DNA from: a virus
Strand: one strand, 5' to 3'
DNA length: 64,000 nt
IMG/VR virus record: IMGVR_UViG_3300037584_005429
Location: 19,060-83,059 of that record
The notes beneath the pieces are model-generated. The model worked only from the letters and a program-made list of their open reading frames with translations, was not told the DNA's origin and ran no database searches. The translations under genes and the position numbers were made by a program. Of the stretch, positions 27,237 through 38,400 are shown in pieces. The stretch's first letter is position 1. Every line of letters starts with the position of its first letter.

Positions 27237-30200
27237 TTAATATCCTCCACCACCACCGCCTGAGGAACCTCCTCCACCATAAGAACCTCCTCCACCACCA
27301 CTAGATGAAGAACCAGCACTTGACGTACCACCACCACTAGATGAATAACTAGTTGTGGAAGGTGTACTTATCCCCGCTGCACCACCACCAGATGGTGATG
27401 ATGATGTAGTAGTTGGTGCCGATGGGGTTATAGGACTATCACTACTATTTAAATTATAGGTTTTTAACCAACTCAATCCTTTGGTACCAAATTCTTTTAA
27501 ACCATATATACATAAAAGATTATTCGTACTACCTTGTTTTGTAAAGGTTGGTTTTGATTGAAATTTTCTTTTATTAGTGTTAAATTCTTGAGCTAGTATT
27601 TTTGTTTCTTTAACCACTAATTGACTTCCTGAAATTAAAGACCTTTCATTTATGTCATAAGATGAAGCGTATGTTGATACTGGATTAGTTGTGTTACCTG
27701 TAAGTATGTTATTGTAATAAGTTGTATTTTCTTGGGGGGCTGCAGGAGGAGCGTTAAAACTCATCATTCTTGCCTGAAATTGAGGTGCTGGGAATGATGT
27801 ATATCCTGTTGGATTTACTGTAAATTGACCGGTATGAATACTACTAAGTGGTGTACCGGACATTGAGTAACATCTATAAACAAACTTGTCTCTATGAAAA
27901 TCTGAATTTTCTACTTTAACACCACTAGTCCATAAAGTGGTAGCTGGTACCATTTGTTCAATTATTCTTATCCAATAATCCCCCATTGATTGAGCATAAT
28001 CCACCATTTTTGTGTAAGTATACTTATTATTATCACCACAACTTTGATTTAAATAATCTAAATACATCTGTTGTAATACGGGATATCCACCTGTTTTACC
28101 ATCATTAATGGTCATTCTACATTTAACGTCAATAAAATATTTCCAAAAATTATCTCTAAATAATTTAAAGTCTAATTTTTTAGCGTTTATTTTTGGGTTA
28201 GTAGCATCCCAAGTACCTCCACTTGTTGGGTATGGTGGTGGTAATGTTCCACCACTAAACATACAATTATAAAGACTAGATTGTCTCCAAACATCGTATG
28301 TCAATCCTTGTCCTATGTTTAGGTTTAAATCAACATTTTTAACATTTAGAATTAGTTTTTCATTACTAGTTTGGTAATAGGCACTTCTCCAGTACCTATC
28401 ATTAAAACTATATTTTCTCGTTTCATTCTCCGCAATACATTTATTTTTTTGGAACATTTCAATGTACCTAATTCTACCCATAAGCATTTTTCTCCATTTC
28501 GGGTGTGTCTGTGCTGCGGTTAACTCTTCAAATTTTTCAATTAATCTTTCTTTTTGACTCTGTAATTGCCCACAATTAAATCTAAATACCTTATTTTTAA
28601 AACCTGTTTGTTCAAAATTACCAGAAGTTGAAAAAATACCGATATCAGCTTCTATATCTGGTCTATATATATCTTGTCCTATTTCTACCCAAGATTTTTT
28701 ATCGTCTATAATCCTTTCTAAACTATATCCCAAATACATATGTGGGAATCTTCTAAATCTGTCTAGATAAGGAGCTTTTGGGTCATTTGAAAATTGACCT
28801 GTTGTCCAAAATCCACCCCATGTAAATTCTCTAAATTTAGTTACAACACTAGGATTACAACCACTTAACGTTGAGTCTTGTTGATTTATAATTAAGTCTG
28901 ATTTATGTTCTTCAGTTCTTTCGAACCAACCAGCTCCTCTTTGGAAATAGAAATTATCTGTTATTCTAGGAACTTTGGGGTAACCTTCACTAGTTATAGG
29001 GTAATCACTAAGTGTGAATGGGTGTGTTGTTGTACCAGTAACATATGTAAAAGATGAAAATGGTATACTATATTTAATGGTTTTTGTTTCGTAGGTACCA
29101 CCTGAAATAAATGACCAATTATCATAAAATTTATTTATATTTATTTTAGCATCTGCTAAAACTATGTACTCATTAAATTCAACTAAAGCTTCAGGTGCTC
29201 CTAACAATCCAAGTAAAAACTCTATAGATTTTCTAGTCCCTTTCGACTTAAATAGATATCCAGTATTAAGTAATATTCTTCTGTACAACTCAATATCTAG
29301 TTCTGCTGGTGTCATACTAACACTAGTTCCTGAATATTCTGGAACAGAAACTCCTAATACATTATCTAAAAATGTGTTATTATTTAAAGTATTTGGTGTT
29401 GACCAACCCAAAGTTTTTGCAAAGTTTTTAATTAATTCATTTGGTATGTTATTTTTACCATCATATGTTACATTAGTCATGTAGGCTATACCGTCAACAA
29501 ATAATTTTATATCGTCAAAACTTCTTCCATATATTTGTAAAGTTTTTTCTACTTTTTGGTCGGAGGTGTCAAATTCTTTAAGTACTGGTGATGTTAAAAA
29601 TCTAGATACTAAATTAGTTTTTTGTATATCTAATTCTTGACCTAAATCTGATAACTTAGTTAAATAATCAGTATATGCATTTGTAGTAACATCAATATTA
29701 ATAGCATCTTGTTTAGTCCAAGTAACTAAATTATCACTGTAAAAAGTTCCACCCATGCTGGATTCTTTTATAAGTCTAAAATTAGCTGTATACTCTGGAA
29801 CAACTTCTCTATTCATTAAAAATCTTTCTACATAATCAAAATTTTTGAATACGTCATCACTTTCTAATTTGTTAGGTTTTACAAAAAAAGTATCTGTTGT
29901 ACTAGTATTATTTATAAATGGGTTACCCTCTACTGTAAAAGTTAAAAACCCTGTAGTTACTGTTTGAGGTTTAAAGTCTATTATCTTATACTCTAGTGCA
30001 TTTATTTCTCCCCCTAAAGTTAAAACATAATTTTTATATTCCGTGGTTAGATTTCTTAGTTTTGATACTGTACCATCAGCAACTTTGATTATGGTATCTG
30101 AACCATACCCAAACATTTCTAAATTATTTAAAATTTGTTCTTTACTAATAGGTGTATTTAATAACTCACCATTTGATGTGAATTCTATGACAAATGGATT

Positions 30201-30683
30201 TGATATGTGGTCTACATTAACATTAAATGTAGTTTGATTCGTACCGATGTCGTAATTTATATTATAAGCTGTAGTATTTCCACTTTGGTTTAATGAATTT
30301 ACACCGTCAATAAATAAAGCTGCTGGAAAAAAATTAATTATATTTTGAGTTGCGACACTTAATCTCTTTTTTAATGAGCCATATAAAACTAATTCAGCTA
30401 TATTACTAGTATCAGTATTTATGTATACTTGGTAATTATTTTTTGCAAAAGATTGTGCTGTTTTTAAATCACTAAAATCTAAAGATTCCAATGTAATTGG
30501 TTTAGAAAAACCTTCTAAAACTTGGTTAGTAGCTACACTTCTAGTATATTCTTGACTTATAGAAAAATTACCCATAGTCATCTGTGATGAACCATCGGTT
30601 ATTTGATTACCAACTAAATTATCACTAAAGGTATCTCCTCCGTGTCCTGGTGCTGGTGGATATCTAAATCTATTACTAGCCAT
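27237..30683 (-). CDS. Baseplate wedge protein (T4 gp7 / P2 gpI-like core)
   Basis: NIPNELIKNFAKTLGW ... YRRILLNTGYLFKSKGTRKSIEFLLGLLG...EFNEY is the gpI/gp7-type 'KGT..sI' motif. Ends in a Gly/Ser tail. Confidence 0.7.
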   Translation of the reverse strand: MASNRFRYPPAPGHGGDTFSDNLVGNQITDGSSQMTMGNFSISQEYTRSVATNQVLEGFSKPITLESLDFSDLKTAQSFAKNNYQVYINTDTSNIAELVLYGSLKKRLSVATQNIINFFPAALFIDGVNSLNQSGNTTAYNINYDIGTNQTTFNVNVDHISNPFVIEFTSNGELLNTPISKEQILNNLEMFGYGSDTIIKVADGTVSKLRNLTTEYKNYVLTLGGEINALEYKIIDFKPQTVTTGFLTFTVEGNPFINNTSTTDTFFVKPNKLESDDVFKNFDYVERFLMNREVVPEYTANFRLIKESSMGGTFYSDNLVTWTKQDAINIDVTTNAYTDYLTKLSDLGQELDIQKTNLVSRFLTSPVLKEFDTSDQKVEKTLQIYGRSFDDIKLFVDGIAYMTNVTYDGKNNIPNELIKNFAKTLGWSTPNTLNNNTFLDNVLGVSVPEYSGTSVSMTPAELDIELYRRILLNTGYLFKSKGTRKSIEFLLGLLGAPEALVEFNEYIVLADAKININKFYDNWSFISGGTYETKTIKYSIPFSSFTYVTGTTTHPFTLSDYPITSEGYPKVPRITDNFYFQRGAGWFERTEEHKSDLIINQQDSTLSGCNPSVVTKFREFTWGGFWTTGQFSNDPKAPYLDRFRRFPHMYLGYSLERIIDDKKSWVEIGQDIYRPDIEADIGIFSTSGNFEQTGFKNKVFRFNCGQLQSQKERLIEKFEELTAAQTHPKWRKMLMGRIRYIEMFQKNKCIAENETRKYSFNDRYWRSAYYQTSNEKLILNVKNVDLNLNIGQGLTYDVWRQSSLYNCMFSGGTLPPPYPTSGGTWDATNPKINAKKLDFKLFRDNFWKYFIDVKCRMTINDGKTGGYPVLQQMYLDYLNQSCGDNNKYTYTKMVDYAQSMGDYWIRIIEQMVPATTLWTSGVKVENSDFHRDKFVYRCYSMSGTPLSSIHTGQFTVNPTGYTSFPAPQFQARMMSFNAPPAAPQENTTYYNNILTGNTTNPVSTYASSYDINERSLISGSQLVVKETKILAQEFNTNKRKFQSKPTFTKQGSTNNLLCIYGLKEFGTKGLSWLKTYNLNSSDSPITPSAPTTTSSSPSGGGAAGISTPSTTSYSSSGGGTSSAGSSSSGGGGGSYGGGGSSGGGGGGY

Positions 30684-30689
30684 AAGTTG

Positions 30690-31598
30690 TTAAACGTTTA
30701 TTGTACTAAATGTCTTACTAAAATCTATGTTGTTACCCCTATTTGCTCTAATTTCGTATAATTGGTCATTAAATTGGTCTCTGACTTCATATAAATCGTA
30801 CTGTTGGTAGATATTTTGATTAAAGTCATAAAGGGTGTAGATTCCGTCGTCTATCGATTTAGATTGATTACCGTATAATGCAATTGCTAAAGTATCAAAG
30901 TCATGGTCTACCATTTCTACATCTAAAACAATAGGGTTAAAGAAAGTATTTGTAATTATAACATTTTGACCTGGTTGTCCTATAAATGGAATCGCGTTAG
31001 GATTATTAGAAGGTGCACTAGTTGGTGTTAGTGTACAAAATATTAAATTTGTTTCGGTATTAGTGTAGACATATCTAGGTGCTATTTGATTTGGGTTTGT
31101 TAGGTTTGCTGCTACTGGTTCACAATAAAAATTAGATGTTACTATTCTAAAAAAGTTATGTATTTTTTCTCCATTTGCTTGTAAATATTCTATTCTATAA
31201 CCAACTAGAGAATGTGGTTTAAATCTACTTCTATATGCTGCTGGTACATTATTTAAATCAAATACCAGTCCTTTTACGTTTGGCAGTGATGCCAATATAC
31301 CACAATCTATTATAGTGGTTCTTATTTCTACTGGTCTTATATAGATTGTATAGATACCTTTTGCGGCAAAAACATTAGATGGTAATTGTAAATCATATAA
31401 ACCACCTAAAATTTCAACACCATTTTGTCCACCAGTATTGTTTTGGTGATAGTGAGGTGTAAGTAGGGTGGTAGCTGGTAATTGCGAGACCACAAAATTA
31501 GAAGTAGCATCCCTACTAGGGGTATAGTGTACAATAATTTGTACATCATCTGGAAGTACGTCAGCTGGTCTTTTTATTCCGTATGCTCCTAATGCCAT
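30690..31598 (-). CDS. Putative structural (baseplate-associated) protein
   Basis: 302-aa ORF with beta-rich composition, tightly packed in the structural block. Confidence 0.6.
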   Translation of the reverse strand: MALGAYGIKRPADVLPDDVQIIVHYTPSRDATSNFVVSQLPATTLLTPHYHQNNTGGQNGVEILGGLYDLQLPSNVFAAKGIYTIYIRPVEIRTTIIDCGILASLPNVKGLVFDLNNVPAAYRSRFKPHSLVGYRIEYLQANGEKIHNFFRIVTSNFYCEPVAANLTNPNQIAPRYVYTNTETNLIFCTLTPTSAPSNNPNAIPFIGQPGQNVIITNTFFNPIVLDVEMVDHDFDTLAIALYGNQSKSIDDGIYTLYDFNQNIYQQYDLYEVRDQFNDQLYEIRANRGNNIDFSKTFSTINV

Positions 31599-31601
31599 CT
31601 T

Positions 31602-31823
31602 TTAAGGTTGTTTATTTATTTTATAAAACCCATATCCATGTAACTCTAATTCACCTAAATTTGGTGTTTGTCCTAGTCTTTGGGGTCTTTCAAAGACGGT
31701 TATTTTACCTCTTTCAATAAATATATTGGACCTAGTTTCTGGTCTTTCACAAACATTCATTAAAACCTCTTCTTTTGTTAAAGGTGGTATACAACCATTT
31801 CTAAAAATTTTTTTAAATCCCAT
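31602..31823 (-). CDS. Small protein, possibly the detached C-terminal domain of the 2645-aa protein
   Basis: 73 aa (LTKEEVLMNV...IFIERGK...RLG...HGYGFYKI). Preceded by its own TATTTATA motif and ends 3 nt before the next gene. Confidence 0.6.
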   Translation of the reverse strand: MGFKKIFRNGCIPPLTKEEVLMNVCERPETRSNIFIERGKITVFERPQRLGQTPNLGELELHGYGFYKINKQP

Positions 31824-31835
31824 CTATTATTTTAT

Positions 31836-31843
31836 TATAAATA
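31836..31843 (-). promoter_or_regulatory. TATTTATA motif
   Basis: Intergenic, 12 nt upstream of the ATG at 31823. Confidence 0.55.
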
Positions 31844-31856
31844 TCCCAGTAATAAT

Positions 31857-32429
31857 TTATACTGACACATTTTGTTTATAATATTTTTCTTTATATTCTT
31901 TTATTGAAATTGGTTTGCCATACTTAAAACCAAAATTATTTTTTGCTATATGTTTTTTTAAGGGAAACTTTCTATGTATTTCCCATAAATCTTTAACCAA
32001 CTCTACGTTGCCTTTATCACTATATTTAATAGCTTTTACTATATGGGTATCCGCTTTATTTAGTGATTGACCTGGTTTTAACCCCCATATATCTTTTTTC
32101 CTTTGGAAACTGATGTCCATCCAAAAATCACAATCTATTAAAGCAACTTCCATAGATTCTAGTAAAACTTTTTTAATTAAATCGTACTCTAATTCTTTGC
32201 CTTCTTCTTGTGTTACAATCATATCTACATCCCAAGTAGGCCAAAAAGGTCTTATTTTCATTATGTGACTTGTAAAAGAACCCGTAATATAAAATTCAAA
32301 ATTATTATACCACTTTTTTTTAGACACTATATCAACCCATTTATCCAATCTTTCTACTGTAGGCATATAAATTTTTTTATCTACTTTGATATATCCTATT
32401 TCATATTTTTTGTATTTCCCACATTCCAT
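31857..32429 (-). CDS. Pol-beta-superfamily nucleotidyltransferase-like protein
   Basis: FYITGSF...TWDVDMIV (hhGS...DxD) and a later WMDISF acidic strand. Lys-rich, unlike its neighbours. Confidence 0.55.
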   Translation of the reverse strand: MECGKYKKYEIGYIKVDKKIYMPTVERLDKWVDIVSKKKWYNNFEFYITGSFTSHIMKIRPFWPTWDVDMIVTQEEGKELEYDLIKKVLLESMEVALIDCDFWMDISFQRKKDIWGLKPGQSLNKADTHIVKAIKYSDKGNVELVKDLWEIHRKFPLKKHIAKNNFGFKYGKPISIKEYKEKYYKQNVSV

Positions 32430-32450
32430 ATTATTCTAAATTAATACTAT

Positions 32451-35400
32451 TTAATTAGGTCCTTGAATAAAAGGGTCAATAGATGATGTCGGTTGTATAG
32501 AGGATGAGGAAGAACTGTTTGCACCACCACAAGGTGTATTAAGACTATTGACACCACAAGGTAACCACATACTATGATAAGTACCATTATTAACTATAAA
32601 TTGTCCACTATTAGGGTCACCAGTACCAGGGTCCATACCTACAATTTGACAAGGTGGTGGCATAGAACCAGATAAATTAGCTGGTTGTAGAGTTGTTCCA
32701 CCTGGAGCAACAGGTTGAGCGGGGTCTTTACATTTATTTAATACTGAATCCCACCCTAATTCACAAGCACAACACCAACAACAATTTTCGTTAATGTTAG
32801 TCGGGTCTACATTATATATACATTCACCTACTTGGAACGGCACACTAGTATATGCTGGATTAATTGATTGGTGTGGAAAGGTTACTGGAGTTGGTGGTAC
32901 ATAACCATTTAATGTTATATTACAGTCTTCACACTCAGTACTCACACTAGGTACACACGGGTCGTTATTAGCATCAACATTACAAGGTAACCACATACCA
33001 CCACCAATATTCTGTCCAACTATACTACTTGGTTCTGGTTGTCCATCTTTACATCGTGCTGGTGCACTCACCGAGAATAATAAACTTTGTAAACTTTCAG
33101 GTGCGTATGGATTTGCTCCTGCTGGACTTGGTCCAGCTGGTACACAACAATAACAACAATCACCATCAGTAGGGTCAAAAACACAATCATTTATATTGTA
33201 TAATGCTGCAGGACTCCAAGGACCCAAATAATTTACAGGACCAGTTAACAAACTACCTAAAGTAACATCACAATCATCACAACCTAAAAGTGGGTCTACA
33301 CAGTCTGCAAGACAGTCTTGAAGAGCTGTTGGACCCGTATATTGTCCCATTCCATTTCCTGGGTCTACACAATTACATGGACCCGGACAATTAACACAAT
33401 CAAAAGTATCTGGTATTGTTGGGTCCTCACAACAATTAAAAGCTTGTTGACAATCTAAAAGACTAGGGTATATACCTGAAGGGTCTGGTGCGCACTGACA
33501 AGGGGGTCTACATATATTACTAGAGGTTACATCTATACACAGATTAGAATTACTACTACAACCCGGAGCGTTGTTACAAGGAGTATTAGGGTCATTAGCT
33601 ATTTTTGAACTTACCGTTAATAAATTAATTAAAAAACCATCAGGTGAATATGCAGGGTTTCCTGCCGCACCTTGAGCTGGATTATAGAGGTCGTTCCATG
33701 TTGGTGGTGTAACACATCCTTGAGCGATATTCCACATAAAATGGTAGTAACTAGGTGTCGTGAAAGACATCATATCTGGATGACTAAATTCTATTTTACT
33801 TTTTTTAAGACGATATGTATTACCAGGACCATTTAAATTTGTTTCTTCAAAACAGCCTGGTGTCAACGCCAATCCAGGATTAGCTCCGTAAGGGTCAACT
33901 TGTGTACCACCTACAAAATTTACCCAATCAGTCTGATATGCTGGCCAATTTGTACCTGGTATACTAGTGCTATTATTAACATTATATCCTGCTGCTCTAT
34001 GTTTTAATAATAATACTTGTAAAGCTGTACCAGCATTAGAATAAAAACCTGCATTTACAATAGCATTAACTTGAGCGTTACTATATCCTAGAGGAAGTAA
34101 TAATGAAGCGTCGGAAGGGTTTACGGTAAATGCGTTTGAATAACTTTGGGTTAGACCAAGTCCATTTGGTTGATTAACATATGGAAGATTAGAACCGACA
34201 CCAATATTCCAACCTGTCCAAGCTGATGATACTGTATTATCACCCTTACATGACCAAGTCTCTGGTATATAACAACATGTAGTAGTATCTGCGGTACACG
34301 AAGCTAAAGTATTATACCCAACAGTAGCATTTGCATCCCAAATACATGGACAAATTCCTGTACCTGGGTCTGGATTTCCTGTGTTACAAACATAATAACC
34401 AGTTGTTGGGGGTTGACAACAAGGATTAGCGTTTGCCGCAATATTACAAGTAAATAAATCGTTATAAATACAATTAGGTCCAGTAACACAAGGTTGGCAA
34501 TAACAAGGAGCTATTGTACAATTACAGTATTCTGGACAACAGTAGTTGTAACCACCCATAGTTCCACCCCAATTTTGTCCACCTTCTGTGTTAGACGCAC
34601 CACAATGAGTCTGCCAAGCTGTAGAGTTTTGTTGGTGTGAATTACCTAAACTTACTCCTGGTACACCTACAGCTGTTGATTGTGCAACCCAATCAGCGTA
34701 AGAAGTTGTAATTATACCCCCTCCAATTGCTGCATCTACTGCTGCATCATTAGGACACCCCCCAAGTGCCAATCCTACGGACCTCCATGAGGTACCAGGT
34801 CCGTTTGGTGTGATACATATTCCAACAACACCGTTCCCTTCAACTTTAATCCCTGTAAATGGTACATTGTGGTATGCTGGATTTGCTGCTATCCACATCA
34901 TATAAAAACTCATGCTGGCCATAGGTAGCGTTGTACCTACACTAATAGCATCAGCATTAGTTAAAAAATAATTTCCGGCCGTGACACAAGAATTTGTTAA
35001 ATTACCACCTTCTATACATTCAAACATAGTTGTTGCTGCTGTGGTAGGGCAAGAAGTGTCACATGGTACCCACATTGGGTACCCACCATTTGTTTGTCCA
35101 CCAGGAAACGTGTTTGGTACATTAGCTGCTAAGAAATTTGAATATTCGTTATACCACTGTGATGGGTTCATACCACTATGTAAAGCTGGGTCATATTGGT
35201 CGTATACCATAACATAACAACAACAAGTGTTTGCTGAATCACAATGTGTTACCACATCCGCTATATTATACATAACACCAGGTGTCCAAGTAGGTGCACT
35301 AATAGTACTACCTACAATTGGAGTTGGGATGTTAACGGAACTTAGTGACCAATTACCACTTGCATCAATTACAGGGAAAGTAACATTACCCGCGGTTAAA

Positions 35401-38400
35401 CAATCGTTACATGGACAACAAGTTGTATTGTCTGAACCTACACCACCTAATGGATAAGAGTTTGTGGTACAAGCCGACATAGTATTGTAAGCCGTACAAC
35501 CTAAATAAGGCGGATTTGCGGTCAAAAATGGTATAGTTATAAGACTACAATGACATGGGTCTGGTTGAGCTATCGCACCTAAATCTGGTTTACATTCTCC
35601 ACATACAAAGTTACACTCATCTTGACAATCTGCTGGGTTTGAAAAAGGTCCATGTACACAATCTGATGGCATGGTACCAACAAAACTTATACAACCATCC
35701 GTTGCGTGACAACAATATTCTGTTGATTGTGGACAACAAGGGTATTGAGCTTGTAAACTTATACAATCTCCTATTGATATCGCACAACTAAAATTATATG
35801 GATTTAAGTCACATAAACAACTAACAGTTGTATCACAACAAAATCTACAAGCAGCTTGACAGTCACTTAGACTAGCAAATCCTGTAGCTCCCGCTGGATA
35901 CGGTGTAGCATTACCTTGTTGACCGAAAACTTGATTTTGTGTCCAACCTGGGAAAGGTGGTGTTGTAATCCACCCTTGAATTGTTGTTTCTGGAAAACAA
36001 TTTGTTGTTGTAGCTGACTGTCCCGGATTAGTATCACAAAAGTAAACTGATGGTGCTGTACAATTACAATTATTTGTATTTGCCCAACAATCAAAAGCTG
36101 ACGTATGTTCTGGGAATAAACCTAATGGGTTACTACCCACAAACTGACATTGTCCTCCTGTTGATGATGCGTCACATGCCCATTTACAGTTTTCTTGACA
36201 GTCTGCTAAAGTAGTGTAAGCAGCAGATGGATATAGTGGGTCCCCTGGAAAAACTTCTATACACCCACAACCATCAGGTGCTACACAAGGTGATAAAGAA
36301 CTACACCATTCTGTATCATCACAATGAAATTTACTAGTTGCTCCAGAACAACAATCTAAATTATTTGGTGGTGGTGCTAATATACCTTGTTGACACTGAA
36401 ATACACTTATAAACCCATACCAACTTGATGTGTTAGTTGTCACCCCATTTATAACATCTTGTAACATAACACAATCTGTAAAGTCATCAGTTGGGTCAGC
36501 AGGTGTACCATTATCATCACAGAAACAACCCGCTTTACAATGGTCCATACATGTACTTGCTGTATAACAATTGTTCGCGGCCTCTTGACCGAAAACATAA
36601 TTACAAGGTACAACATTAAGGGTACAACCATTAAAAAAGTCACAACTATATGTATCACCAGATACTTGTTGACATGGGTCACAACCAAAACCTATACCTG
36701 CAGTAGCTCCACTTGGTGTACTACCACAACTTATCCACGTATTAGGGGTTCCATTTGGTGCATCTGGACCTCCCGGTATAAAATAATTACAATCATAGAA
36801 TCCTCCTGGATAAGGGTTACTATATATTGGTGTATCACAATAATAGCAACACACATCAGGTGACCCTAATTGCCAGGATACATAATCATATAACTCATAA
36901 GCATTATATACACTATCCCATTCTCCTTGGTCTACACCAATACCTCCAGTAAATGGGTCACAAGCACATTCACAAGTTACTTCATCAGGTACACACCCAG
37001 TAGGGTTATCTGTAGTACATTGTGTAAAGTTACAATATATAGGTCCAAGAGGGCTACAAGGTGGATTAGCACCCACAACCGAAATATATACACAAGGCCA
37101 GTATGGCCAAGATGGGTCATACTGACCACTTGCTGGATTAAATATTTGTGAATCTTCATCACATTCTATATCACAACAACCTGTTGCCATACAACAAGCT
37201 GAAAAAGAATCATAGGGACCTCCAGGTGACCAACCCCAACCACTAGGTAATGTTGCTGGATTTGAATAATTTTGACAGTTACCGTAGCTACTACCATCTG
37301 TTAAATTAACAAGACAGTCATGCCCACCATCTGTGGGACAATTGTCGTCACAAAGTTGTGCGGTGGCATAACTTCCATTTGGGTATAAAGCTAATAAACC
37401 TGGGTCTATAGGATTTGGGTTTGCACCGAACCCACTTAAAGGTACGTTTGCTGGGTTAATAGCCCAAGTTGCTTCCCAAGCTGGTAATGGTGTAGGGCAA
37501 GGTGATAATTGTTGGCAGGGTGTGGCATCACCACTTAAACAAACCCAACAGCTAGTTAATGGTGGTACACAATAAGTACAACACTGTGCTGATGTAGTAT
37601 AAGGACCACAACCTGGTGTAAAACAAGGTATACATGTACTACTACCAGGAAAACCAGTACCACCACTACAAGGTTGTACCCATGGGTCGTAACAAAGCCA
37701 AGCACAAGGACCAGGTATCCCATTATTATTATTTGGGTCACTAGCACAATCACCAGAAGTAGCGTAAGTACCCCCAACTATTTGTACACAACCTTGGTCA
37801 CAAAAATATTCCCAAGCTGTAAAATCACAACACGCTGATATTCCTTGGCCTGGAACACCGTTTTCACAATCATTTAAAGTATAAAATGGGTCTAAAAATA
37901 ACTGATTATTATTAGCTGTTATTTGTGGGTTAGCTAGAATATAATTTGTCATTATATCGTAATAGTCCGCATCCGGTAAAGCTGCACATGATACTTCAGA
38001 ACAACAAGGTGTTGATGTTGGTGTTGTACATGACCAAGCTATTGGATTACACCAATCTTCACAATCTGTCATTGAAGAGAATGTAACTGAAAAAGGATAT
38101 GTGGCTGCTGAGTAAGCTGGGTGTGTATAATCTATTTGAATACACCCTGGTTGGTCACAATTATATTGGTTTGGGCAATGCCATCTATCATCGACTGGAC
38201 AATTACCATTATTATATTCTGTTAAACAACCACCAGGACCAGCGTAAAAAGTAAAACTATTAGGTGTACTTCCTGAAATTAATTCACAAACATAAGGACC
38301 TGGATTGTTCAAATCTGGTGGACATACCCAACTTACACAACCTACATAATCCCAATAAGATACGTTAGTAGTTGCTGTAGGTACTATACCTGCTGGTACA

